Positions 12,934-26,569 of a stretch of DNA of 64,000 nt are shown here, in pieces. Position 1 is the first letter of the stretch, and every line of letters starts with the position of its first letter. Below the pieces are notes generated by a model. The model saw only the letters and a list, made by a program, of their open reading frames with translations. It was not told the origin of the DNA and did not search any database. Source of the DNA: Mizuhopecten yessoensis. Taxonomy: Eukaryota. A program made the translations under genes and the position numbers. The DNA is taken from NCBI RefSeq assembly GCF_002113885.1, contig NW_018407191.1, positions 458,744 to 522,743 of the forward strand. The letters run 5' to 3'.

Positions 12934-15900
12934 ATGAACAGTGTGAAACAAAGACAGCAAGCAATATAGATGTTCAAGGATTTGACAAACTAAGTTATTT
13001 CAATTAAACGCACTTTAATAACAAACTTATTCAGAACAAATTTAATTGAAAACCATGTTTAATAAAAAGAAACAATGCCATATTTTTATCTATGCTTACA
13101 TGAATGGATATAATTGAAAACAATGATTAAGTCAAAAGAAAATATAAGCTTTGCTTAAACGTAAATTATTTCACTATGTGTAAGCCTACAATATTACCGT
13201 ATCAAACCAACTTCCTTCCCTATCAGGACGTTGTATGTAAATTGCCTGGAAAATGTATAGTTCCGTGCGTAACTAGATGAGTTTGACGATATATTGATAT
13301 TACTGAAACACGGTATACATTTCGTTAAAAGTGCTCTTCATTTTAAAATGATGTATGTATATCACGTATTTAATGTCATGATTTCAAATTGAAAGTGCAA
13401 GTAATTCTTGTGAAACGTGTTATTCCCAGTATATCGATCTGATTACCAGACTATAGAAGAAAGAAGAAACTAATAACATCCGTACTCAAATTGTGATAGT
13501 GCAGGCGATTGCGGAAGAAAACAAATATAATGATCTGGTAATGGCCCATCACATTGATACATACATTTGATTTACGTCCGTTTGTAACATAAATGACGAA
13601 AACTCTACCACATGTATCATCTGTATAATACAAAAACAATATTGTTATATAAGACTATTTTGCGAATCTATGAATGCCTGCCTATTTGGGGAATTTACGG
13701 ACGGAAGTGACGTCATTGGTAAGGATGAGAATGCTAAACAGAACAGTAAAATGGATTCATAGAATGAATTCGTTTAAAAAATCTTATGTCTTGCAATGAC
13801 ATGACCGTAAATGGTTTGTTTACATACTTACAATTGGCTATTTATAGCAAGTCATTCGTAAAATTCCTCTCCTCGGTCACATTTCAGTACAATGCATTAT
13901 ACTATTTTATTCCCATATGTGCATGATTTGTAACAAACATAATTGATAAAATATGTATGCATCAACTAGTATTCATTCGATAACAAATAGTTAACTTACC
14001 CTACTGTACACAACGACTACAGGTTTCTTTATTCGTTCTGTTCAAATTAATTATCTATATTACTAATATAACAGTATGCACTTTCGTTTTGAGCTCTCGT
14101 TTAACATGTTTGCGGATACACATACAGCACATAAAGAACGTCAATAAAGAGAGACGAATACCTGAGCAAATAAACTCTTATTAACAAAGAAGAGTTCAGG
14201 TGAGAAGAAAATTTGTTAGCCTTCCACCTCTATATCGCTTTCAATAATTCTAAAAAAGAAATGAGAATTTACAGTTAACACCCAAAACTTCTGCATGTGA
14301 TGTTGTTAGATAGTTGTCCAAAAAACAGTTGAGCAGGATAGTTTATGCTTTCAAACAATCTGCTGTTCATTAATAAGTGCATTAATTTTGTACAAACTAT
14401 AAATAGTTCGCAATTCACAATGTCAGAAAACATTCACTCTTGCTTATGATCAATATGGTTACACAAGATACCAATTTTTTCCCCGAAGTAGCGAATACAT
14501 GATTCAGTTTTAAACAACATCTTGATATCTTGGCTGTTAAAGTGTTTTCATATACACTTTTATTTACGCTGTGTGACAGTTTTAATTATATTGACAAGCG
14601 CATATAGGCATATATAGTCAACATAGTGGTCTCTGGCACTTTTATGATTAGCATGATGCCATACAGGCATTTTTACAAGGCGTGAAATAGTTTTAAAAAC
14701 AAGAATAAACACTAACACTTGGTCGATACATTGCACGAGCTCACACATTTTCTCAAATAAACAGAAAGGAAGTTCATGTGAGAAATGATAACAATACATG
14801 GCCAAAGTAATTGTCGATTCATCAGCTAGTGCTAAACTAATGTCAACTGCTGTCTTATTCAATTATATATGGGACACAGTCGCATTTTGCCAGATAGTTA
14901 TTCTTGCAGTGTGAGGCTATCACGATATGACTGGACAAAGAAGACAGAAATATAAACTACTACGTTATTTAAAATTTAAAATTGTAGTCTAAAGTTACTA
15001 CCATACTTGGCCAATTTTGAGTGAACAATGAAACGATAATTGTATTATGCTCCAATTACACGCTAACTACTCAGCTTACTCATATCTATTTTACACTTAC
15101 AATATGATGTTTCCCCTTTAGCCTCCTATGTAAATTTGAAAATTATCATTTATTCTTTGTGTAGTTGTCATGCCCTAGTTTGAAATGTATTTTAATGTAA
15201 AGCAGCTTTTTAGGTGATGGTATATACTTGTGCTTTGTACAATACATACAGACGAATTTGTTTAGTGTCAAAATGTTCTTTAAATATTTCTTTATATTCT
15301 GGTTAATCAGATAACAGAGTGGACATATCTGCTTAAGAGCAAATTAAACGCGATAACAAACATAAAAATACACATAGCATGTTCCACATGAAAGGCACAG
15401 ACCGGAAGTCAAGGTTGATGAGGAAAGACAACAGGAACTGAGGACACAGGATTGCGACTAGCAACAACAGGCCGGATTCGAAACTAGTTGCTTGTCATGA
15501 TGTCTTCAATCAAATCTAGGAAAATAAGAGAGTCACCAACGATCCAAGTTGATTTTTCCATCAAAATTTCTACGACGTCCTTTTGGTCTTGTCTGCGAAT
15601 AGTGACGTCACTATATAATTACGATGCGACAACCATTTCTATTGATTGCAAAAGGTAACAATCCCAATGCATTTCAAGAAACAAAAATCTTCAAAATGTA
15701 TTTCACTGAAAGTATGTTTAACATCTATTATAAATACAAAAACAATGGAAACACACTTAAATACATTTTAATGGGATGGCTTGTATATAAACATAGTAGT
15801 CAAATTAAATCACAGTGTGTTAAAGCATAACACTTTTAGATTGTCTTTCTCCCCATTAATTTCCCCAAGTAATCTGTACAAATACAAAAAAATGTAGGGG

Positions 15901-17469
15901 TATTACAACATTTAAAAGACTTTGTACAAATACACATGCGTAAACATACCAAATGCAGTCCTGATAAAGTTTTCCAATCTATCAATGTTCAACAAGCCCC
16001 TAAATCATGGTATGCTCACTCAAAATTTCAATCCCTGATAAGTCATATTTAAAGACACAATTAAACATCAGGAAACTAATATTGATGTAAATTGGATATA
16101 TTAAACTTTTAGTTTAGTTATTAAAATGATACATAACGACAATTCCGTTACCAATAATGAAGCATTAAGGCCAATGTCTTCACAAATATAGTTCACCAAA
16201 TATATATAAAAACATGTCAGACTCTTTTGCTACCAAATTTAATATTACGAAACTATCTAAAGGTGTTATATATATATGCCTCGGTCATGCGGATCTTAAT
16301 TTCCCTCATACCAGCTTACTAGAGGCAAACCGGTTTCAAACCAAAATGGCTGTGGCTTCGAATAAAATCATGTTCTGGTAAGCTATTTTACTGGTAAAAA
16401 TATACAAAACCAAGGGCCATGTGTGACCATGCTAAAAATGAACTTCATATAGGAATCATTTTTGTAATATTTAGCATCGCTATTTAGATGTGTTATGAAC
16501 GTTATAGTGCTTCCATTCACAATGTTTATTACATGACTACTTATTTTTAACACCACTGAATGTTATGAAATGGCATATCATGTCAAGTTCATTTATAAAT
16601 CTAAGTCACTAAGCATTCGTGTATATATTGCATATTTACCATGAGAGGATATATTCCAGCTACAAAGTTACAGCAATCCTCAGGGACAAATAGCCCACCA
16701 CTTAAACGTGACGTAACTTAATCACTAAGAATACAAAACAAGGAAGCGCCGAATTACAATTAACAAATGTGCAAGAAGTCAAACAAAGTAACCATTTGCT
16801 TCGTCATATCATCATGTCATTCATTAAATGGTACTAAAAATCAAATGAATAAAACAAAATGCCATGTCCATAGTGTTCTAAAAACCGCCAAAAGGAAAAG
16901 TGCCAATGAAATCAATACAATGTTAACAAATAACAACTTTTAATATTGTATTTTAAACTAGTATTTCATGTAAACCGTGTTAGAATGAATCAGAACTACA
17001 AAAACATGGCCAGCATATATATAAGGGACTGATAGTCCACCAGGAAAGTCAACCACACTTTGATGTAAAATCATCGCTAGCTATTACGAAGTAAACACCT
17101 ATTTTAAAGAATTATGAAGTCGATGCAGAAAGACACCAATGTTAACAAATACTGACAAATTAGCCATTGCGTCCGCTTAAGACTTCCTGATGATAATAAT
17201 GATAAAAAAACCAACATGACTACAGTGTACTGAAACTCTTATTAGAATGATGGACACACTCTTAAAGTATATTCGATCAAGCTTGATCTTGTTTTTGCCA
17301 ATTGTCGAGTGTAAGCTTCCCATAAGTTTCTTGAAATTCACTTTCATTTTATTCTAGGAATCTCTCTTGGTATACTTTGAATCCGTATTATATATAATAA
17401 GCATGTTATTTTATTAATTGTATTTAAAGAAGTTGAAGCGTTCATGAAATATATTTTACAGGTCGGTCG

Positions 17470-19495
17470 TGGGATCAAGTGAGCTTGGCATTGTTTGAAC
17501 CCCGGTTTGCCAGTAGACGTATACTTGATTCCTGGTAGTGTTGGCGACAACAGTGTCGAATTAAGTTATCTTAATGTTTTGCATTTGTTCACTCCTCAAA
17601 GGAAATAAAGGCGTAGTCATAGAGATGATCAAAATTACATTAGCCCACCTGAATGCAATGTTACGTCTAAAAACCTGATGGAAACTCCAGAGAAAACATT
17701 TGGTGTTCTACTTGTCTGAACCATCCTGTATTTGCTTCCTCTATGTATTAAGAACTTTACAAAAAGATTTTACTAACACTATTCCTGTTGACATTTGGAA
17801 ACTAGTTTGGAGACTTCATAAAGTATTTGTTGTTGTGGCTCAATTGCGAAGATTTAAACCTGTTCGTATGGACAGTAACAACTCTTCGGTAACGCGTGAA
17901 TTCGTGAACGTCGAATTTTCCAACAATGGGACATTTCTTCCAAGCTTTTCAACTATAAGAAAACGCTACACAACAGCTGAATGCAGATGCTCTTAGAATA
18001 ACTCCTTCTTCAGAATGTTCTTTGCTTAACATCCCCAAGAATATACTATATAATAAGTGGCGATCTAAACACAATTATCCGTAATGCAAAGCTTTTTCAT
18101 GAAGGATCCAAAGTGTCGAGAGACCCTTGCTATCAACTGAATTTTAATTCCAAGATATTGATGGATTATGCGGAAGACTCCGTCTACACTGAGCAAAACG
18201 CAATCATGCTGTTTTGGATTTATCAGGTCCATCATTCAAACAACAAGTCTTTTTGTTTATCCTATGTCAAAGACAAACGCAATGATATACATGATAGGTA
18301 GGTAGTTGTGTATACAGCCATTAAATATATTTACTTAATATTTGTCTTGCTAAAAGAATTAGACTTGCTTGATAACCAAGGAAACCCTACCTATACTTTC
18401 TCCATTTTGTCGAAAGACAACATAAAAGCTAATCACGCTTCTGTGTGATAATGATAATGATACGGAACTACCTCGTTGATATTGGATTATGAAATTTCAC
18501 AATAATCCGTATTAACAACATTTTATCGCCGGCGCTGCTAGTTGCGTTTCCAAGTAATTATCCAAACTTTTCACTACTAGTTTTAGTGCCATTAAATCAG
18601 GGTAACATTCGTATCGTGACATAGGATACTCGATGAGTTGAATAAATGGAATGTGAATTTTGAAGAATTCAAAATAACTTTGTTTTAATCTTAAATATCC
18701 CTTTCCCAAAAAACGTTTGTCCTATCAAAACCTTTGACCTTTCGACTCTTTATGTAATCTTACATTATACCAAACTGAAGGCACGCCTTCGCGAAATGTA
18801 ATGGTGATGAAATTGTGATAATCAAATGGTGAGCTTGTCGGGAGTGGCAGCAAACAACTTTCAGATATATCGACGATGTGCTGTTTATAAATAACAAGAA
18901 ATGAATTGACCACGTCGATCGTATATACTCTCCTGAGCTTGAAGGACACTAGACTCCTCCTATTAGTCCATTTGTTCGAGGTTTACTTATAACAAGATCA
19001 ACAAAGACGACTTGATGTTATGCTCTATGATAAGCGGGACGAATTTGACGTTTCGATCGTGAACTTTACCTTTCTTTACAGCTGCACAAATGTTTCCCCT
19101 ACCTACGCAGATGATGCGGTATTCAAGAGCTTTCTCCGAGTACCATAGTTTTATGGTCTCATAGAGAAATACAATATATTTTTTGCTGTGATATGAAGGC
19201 CTATATTTTTAATTCAGCTCATTAGTGTGCCTAGTGATTTGATTGTCATGAACTGAGTTCTCGTTGTGAGGACGTGACATTACCTTGATTTATCATTGAT
19301 AAATATTGCAGGTGTCGTCGATGAAGCTAAAAAGGTTTTCCCTTATGGAATACCTGGTAATATTTTTCTTTTACTCTTTCAAGGGTCTCCACGTAAGTCT
19401 GAATTTTGTTCATGTTTTGCATTTGTTTTATCTTTTTTTTGAGTTCTAATTGTAGTTTTGTTGACACTTTGGTATTCTCTTTTCGTTTTTTCTAA
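17470..19495 (+). mobile_element. Decayed, internally deleted Penelope-like retroelement (probably Naiad clade)
   Basis: Ordered remnants: ECRCS..SGDL (17980-18066), YWIMKFHNNPY..FIAGAASC (18480-18545), ILKNSK (18657-18674), RT catalytic FRYIDDV (18860-18880), LYDKRDEF..IVNF (19020-19066), then a conserved 3' terminal segment. No GIY-YIG remnant after the RT. Confidence 0.8.
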
Positions 19496-22239
19496 ACAAC
19501 GTCTTTAAAGAATTTTAGAGAAATTGTTTATAAAGGACCAAGCGAAAATAACGACTGTCCATGTCATCTTTTAGTTACTTATTTAATATGCAAATTATAT
19601 TTTTAAACACTGTTTAGTATTTTGTAGATTTTCAACAAAAGAACGTCTCTTTGCATACATGTTTTTTACTGTCGTTAAAGACGTGACGTAATGTTTTAAG
19701 TGAGCAGGCAATTAATCTGCCTCCCTCATCACCATGATGCATCTAAAAAAGATCGCAATTCTATAATACACTTCCATACCAGATTTGTGTAATGTCGGGC
19801 AAAATCTAAATTAGGACCAGTCACAAGCATGTTCATTTAAGGCAGACGTTTTGTCTCATTGTAAAGCAGACCCCGCATCAATGTCAGCAGTAACCGTTGT
19901 ACACCTAAATACCATTTGAGCAAAATCGGACATTATCTTAGTTTCGACCTGCCAGAAGCCATTATATGGGGGCCATTTTGTCCAATCACAGCACTACATT
20001 AGTGTTAATCAGTAGCCTGCTCGCATCGGCCATCTTGTCGAAAATATCATCTTTGTTTTTCAAAGGGTATTGTCTAAACATCTTTTCCACAAATTTTAAG
20101 TATATTGTATAAAATAGAACAAATGTTAAAGCCCATTGTGTCTCAGCCAATGAAATCCACCTCGGCCATATTTGATGCCATATCAGTAAAATGAAACGCG
20201 TTATGCACATCTACATCTATAAATGCTCGAATAAGTTTAAGCAGTAAGCTGAATCTGAGCAGCAAATGCAAGAAGTCACCCACTTTGTTTGGATGACTTG
20301 ATTATATCATTGTTATCATTGTTATCAAAGCTTAGCAAAGGGTAATATGAAATTTTGAAATTAATGGACTTAAATCTTTATTTTAATGTCTGCTAAAGAT
20401 CTCCTTCCTTAAGGAATGATTTAACGTCAAACATGCAATGGGACATTTCTATCCTACATAATTACATAGTATAACAATATTTTCTTACACTCCTTTCAAA
20501 TTTATTTGATTGAGATATTTAGCCGCCATCTTGTAACAAAATATCAACTTCTTTAATTCTGAACCAATTCTAAAATTTTGCATACGACTAGAAAGAGCGA
20601 GCTACATTTTATTTTATGCTGAAAGTATACACAGTATAAACTTCAAATGATAAATTACTTGAACTGAATAATTCAGAAAAATAGATTAAAATGTCGTCAA
20701 ACATGCCGCGTAATGACGTCATCACATTGTTCTTGAATTGTGAAGTCATGCCTATGTAAGACAGATTGATCTTGGCTTTCCAACATGGGAAACCTTTATC
20801 TTAATATGGCCGGCTAAGTAAAAATACCACTGCATATATGGTAAGTATCTCAAGAGATCAGTTTTTTTGTAATAAGGTAAATTGACAATCACTAATAGAA
20901 TTCATTGTTTAAAACAAGATATATGTGCAGGAATGCGATTTTGTGCCCAAGGCTGATCGTCCCTACCGTTTTATTCTATACATTATCATCAATTATTTTC
21001 TATAGAATATATATTGAATGCTGTTCAAGAATGGAAGTTAGGAGGATAATTAATTAAGTCGAGACAAAACCTTTATAAATGGTCATGAGTAATTTGTGCA
21101 GATTGAGTTGTCTGGATAACACTCTTGTTTTATTACTGAAGTAAGCTATGTTTTTTTATACTCAGTTGTTATAATTCAGTGTAATAATGATATTATAATG
21201 TTGGAGTTTTAGATACGCAGTTGATTCAAACGTTAATCTCATTTTCAGCTCATTTCTTTATCCACTTTGATTAAAAATTCGTATCTGTTGCGGACCTTCT
21301 ATTGTTTTGCAGGTAGTCATGTCGACATGGTCGAAAGACACCATGCGATGTCAGTGATGTCTTCATGTAAACTCCTTTCTTTAATGCTTGTATGACTCCG
21401 CTCGGATTGGTAACCTTGATTACCACAACTTTCTCTTTTGAGTAGTGGTATAGTTAATTATTGACTCTTTATAGATTATTTAATTAAACAATAATCAGTA
21501 CTCCCCTAGATATTGAAATTCATAAATAAAGGAGCTTTACGCACTTTCCCCTCTGTTTTCAACTGTAGTTCAGGCGATTTGTATGTCCAACCTTTAGGCC
21601 CCTTGCATCACCAATTAGTCCTAGAAGGATGACACCACACCCATACATACTGTTTGGAAAGAGAGAAACAAAAAAGAAGAATGCTGACTTGATTAATGAA
21701 GTTCGACTGTAAAGACACATGGTCCAGATGTATCATTGAGAGATACATAGATAATAAAATCTGAAAAGGGTCACATGATCAATTTTCTACAACAACACGA
21801 ATCAAGTGTAATTGAGGCGTGCGGTTTATGAAATGTGTTGAACCGGAAGTAAAACGGAAACGGTACGTGTCGGGCGAATATGGCGCTTGCGGACGGATAT
21901 GGTCGGTCCAGTATAAGGCCTATGTGCAGCTAGTAGTAGTGTACAACACATACAAAACAACTCATGTCTCAGACTAGTATATGTTTAAAGAGTTACAATA
22001 TAACATACATTTATCTCCTATAAATAGGTCCAACGACCTATACATTTTAAACGAACTTGCAGTTTTGTCGTTATGCAAACATAGTTTATGATGTACCAGA
22101 GGTCTTAGCTGTAATTCTTTCATTCAATTTTAACTGTAACAAAAACCCCAAACAAATAGAACGATTGGGGGGGTAAACAAAGAGCAAACGATCGAGCATC
22201 TGGAGGAGATAAAGGCAAATACTGTCATCCTATGACCAG

Positions 22240-22790
22240 CAATGATGTCTTATCTAGTCTGTACGATGAGCATGACGATTTCAATTATTCGTTCGTGAAG
22301 ATTCCCTTTTTTGATAGTAACATCAACAATACATTTCCCAACTAAGGTTTTTCTATATAGAAGTTGAATCGGTATCAAAGCACTAAATTACTCCAAATGT
22401 CATGTTGTTCGAGGCAGATGTCGACCTGCAGACGGAACAAAACATAAAACGCTGGGTTTCAAGAGATGCTGGGTAATAAAGTTTACGAGTAAGATTTATG
22501 GTCATCATCATGCTCACATAGACAAATATGCTATTTGTTTGTGCGATGTCAACGTTGATGTCTTTGTTTATGAGCATTGGTGAACCTTGTTATTCTTTTG
22601 TCACTACTACGGATTTCGTTTTGAGGTCGTGACCCTACTTATATTTGACCTAGTTTAATATGATAGATGAAGTAGTTTGATTGTCCCTGTACTTTTTAAG
22701 GGTTTGCTAGTGAATATTGCCTTCTTTACAGTGCCCTAATTTTATCTATTTTAGGTTCGAAATACGGTTTGTTGACACTTTCGATTTCTC
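22240..22790 (+). mobile_element. Penelope-like RT C-terminal fragment plus 3' end
   Basis: LYDEHDDFNYSFVKIPFFDSNI at 22259-22324; the 3' segment resembles 19370-19480. Confidence 0.65.
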
Positions 22791-23859
22791 GATAAGACCA
22801 TGGCAAACTGATGCTCTCAATTGATTATTTTTTTTGTCTAAATGTTTCAAAAGGTATCATGTTTAAAAGTTTCCCTAAATATGGAATGGCAGATAACATA
22901 ATGTAGAGATTGTATTAAAAGACTTATGTAGGTACCCTATATAATCCATGTATTTTTTTCTCTTTAGCCCATTCATTTTGGAACAACGAGGTAACTGAAA
23001 TTGATCTTCAGTCCCTATTGTAACATTTTATGTCTTTTATCCCGTCTATGGCATCTTTCGGTGATACTGCATATAGCTAGCCTGTTATCATAAAAAAATG
23101 TCCGGAAGATATTATTCCGTATTTATCCTCAGGAGTCAGCGTTGTTTTATGTCACAAGTTTCCAACACACATACCTTGTGTTATAGTAGTCTGACCATTC
23201 CTGCTACATTCTGGCTTTGGTCAAAATTGATGACCCGTTAATTTACGAAAACAATATGAAATGCACCCTTGATCTAAGTAGTATAGTGATACTAACAGTC
23301 GATTACGTCATCGAAATGAGACAGCGACGACCGTATGTCTTCCCCAGAAATCACTTAAAGGATATGGATGTGGTCTTCCGATGATCTTAGGAAGCAACTA
23401 ATTTGGGACCTCCTGCACGAATTAATCGTGCTTTGTTTTCTTAAATTAGCGGAATCGCTGTACTTTATTTTAAGCATTAGCGCAAATATAGTTTTCTGCA
23501 ATATAATTCAACATTAATGGGGTGTACTGCGGTTGTATGGAAATAAAGCATGTAGAAAGGTGATTTAAATATATCGAATGATTAACTTTGAACAAAATGT
23601 ACGTATGTATTCAAGTGAGTTGTTCGCATTTACTCTTCCATGAAAACATGCTTTTTAAGGTTTTGATCAACTGTGATAGTGCTAAATGATCTAATTTCAG
23701 CGGTGGACATGAATTAGAGACAACACGTAGTGCAAAAGCCGCTAAAATTAAATCACCGCAAAAAATTAGTACGCTTTCAATTATATGATTGATTGAGTGT
23801 AATATGTCTCTGTACTGACTATGAAATTTCGGTGAGTTACCAATCATCTGTAGACTTAT

Positions 23860-24332
23860 AGAATCTGCCCCTGCCATGAAGATGTGACAGAGAAATTTCC
23901 AACCAGAGGTATACTAATCTTGGTTGTCTTACCCGCGGCTATGTCGAGGGTAAGACCTTCGAGACTATCAACCCGAGGGTTGGAGATTTCTCGGTCACAC
24001 CCTCAAAGTAGGGGATGAATGTTTTTCTCCCATCCCGTTTCACTCTCAAATTTGGCGGCAAAAGCGGTGATTACATGAAATATAAGCGTTGATTGAATGT
24101 TTTTCCAGCAAATCCGTAGTTGTCTTCCATGGTCTGTTACTGTTGACGTGCCATCAATGCATTGATTTCGTGACGTCATACTATTGTTATGACTCAAATC
24201 GCACCATTCTGCACGAGGCTATCTCTTTCCTAGGGAGTGACAAGCTGATCTTTTCCGGCTTAAAAGGGAGACACACCTGAGAAGGGTGGGAGAAACCGTC
24301 GTCAAATAGCGCTTGTTGTCACAGAGAAGAAA
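23860..24332. mobile_element. Non-autonomous element with nested internal inverted repeats (Crypton-like architecture)
   Basis: 21-bp inverted pair 23884-23904 / 23978-23998 (2 mismatches), inner pair TCTTACCC/GGGTAAGA, second pair TTTCTCCCATCC (~24023) / GGGTGGGAGAAA (~24284). The family assignment is inference. Confidence 0.5.
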
Positions 24333-26569
24333 TAACAAACAAGCATTCAATCATCTCCACAAGACATGGGACTGGTAGACTACCTCCTTTTATCATTCAA
24401 CAATCCTACAGAAGATCACCAAACTTTCTTCAAAATAAAACAATTTAACAAATGATGTCGTACATATATAAATATTCCATAAATATGTTTCCTTTTTGTT
24501 TTGGTCGAGTAAATAAACTTTTACTATCTCATATAATTCATTTCTCGCGCTACGCACTTGAAGTCAATCATAAGATTCTGAACTGGAGGTAAAGTGCTTT
24601 AATCGTACGGATGTTTGTTTCTATTGTCATTTTATTTCTTTTGACACATTACTTATACTTTTATGTCTTGATGAAATTGCTGATATGAATCACACACCGA
24701 AAACACGGAATACTGTCTACACATCCTTTTAATTTCTTATAGACTCATTTACCCTCGATCCTTTTCATGCTCGTAGAAAACTAATTTGCCTGCTGTGTCC
24801 CACTGCATGATCTCATGAAACGCATTTTATGGTTTGTGTTTTTGTTGTCGTGGTCGTCTTAGGTTCATACATTGCAAATAGCTTTTAATTATTAATTTGT
24901 TTTCCTTTCTTACACAATTTATATTCTTCGCTGTGTTGCTTGGCATGTTTAACAATTCTCAATCTCTGTAGCGCTGTACGACCTTACTGTTCAGATAAGA
25001 CGCTAGAGTGTAGAAATACAAATATTCGCTTATGTTCATTTATGTTGCTTTTCTTTGTAAGAATTAGAAGACCCCACTTCTTTCAACGCACAAGAATCTT
25101 TTTTTTTGCCTTTTCATCAGTGGTTTGCAATATACACCTTGTTAGGTTCAATAAAATCATTATTTAGCAATATCTGTCTTAATAAATTAACTCCAACGGA
25201 GGCTAAGCGGCCTACCTCGACCTGTTGTTTCACTGAGCGTTATATAAAACATTAAAACCGTCCAAGAAAAACTCTCACATATTTCATGTTAAAGAGGACA
25301 CGACCTTCGTGTGTAACATGCCTTTAATGAAACTGTTCATACAAGTTAAATGTATTGATGTCTGTGCATTTATTGGTGTATTACTCTCAAGATTACAATT
25401 TATCAGTTTCTTCTAAGAATCCCTGTCCCGATGTACAGTATTTATTCCTTTATACCGGACTTCCCCTTAACTTCCGCTTAGATGTAACTGTGGCACAGTT
25501 TTTCCGGGATACTTCCTTTGACAAGGTACCTAAATAGGTTAAAGCGATATTACAACAATCTGAAGTCGATCCCAATCTAGCCCCGTTAATGTGTACATTC
25601 AGAAAACTGTTTTTGGCTATATTTTGTTTATTTCATCTTTATTTGTTCTCATTAAATTCCCACAAAGTATTTTTTTCTTTTCAGAAATGATTTATCAAAG
25701 CAAAATAGTAATGCTGGCAAAAATATTTTCCAATATTTAGTGACAGTTTTTGGTTCGGTGATATTTAACCTTTTCGTTTTTACCATCGCTATTCATGGAC
25801 CTAACAGTTACATCTGAAGAAAGCGTTGAAATTACAACATATACTCATGCATGACATTATGCAATTTTGTACGATTTTTATTGGTTAGTAATATATAACA
25901 TCCCACATTTAAGTTTTTTTATACTTGCTGATTAGTCATGTATTTAGATTGTATATTGAGATGAAAGAAACTATGACAAAGGGAACATACAGATACATAT
26001 ATTTAAGCAATTAATCGTATAGTAAATGTTGTTATGGTCTTATGACACACATTGGCACCAACACCGGCAGGTGTGTCAGCAATAGAAATGTGTGATATAC
26101 AAATTGTAGGGCCATAACAATATTTGCTAAAATATTCATATATATTTACATTTTGATAGAGTAGTTACGCTTTATTTAGTTATTTCCAACAGTACTTTGA
26201 ACAGGAAATTAAGTCTTGAGAACAATAAAATTGATGATGTCACAAATGGAGATTGATGACGTTACAATAGCAAACGTTTCATAACAACCTTTGCCTTATC
26301 GATGCCTTGCAATGGAAGGATGAAGAGCAAATGTAAATATACGTAGATACTCAGATTTTATTCTGACCATGATACTGGAAACTTCTCTGCTGTAAGCTCG
26401 GTGAACGTTAAACCAAATATGTAATTATATCATAATTATGACATCATCATTGACATATCACATCAGTAGTGATTCTGAATGACAAATTATAATTTGGATG
26501 CATATTAAGTGCAAGTTTTGCCATTAAAAGTCATTGCGTGTGTTCTTAACTTTTAAATACATATTCAAA

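Noticed and set aside
12666-12977. 103-aa ORF with PY repeats
   Set aside because: Artefact of the 24-bp minisatellite.
13457-13570. Frame QAIAEENKYNDLVMAHHIDTY resembling a GT31 galactosyltransferase segment
   Set aside because: Short, ends in a stop, lacks the following NLTLK motif, and has no flanking exons.
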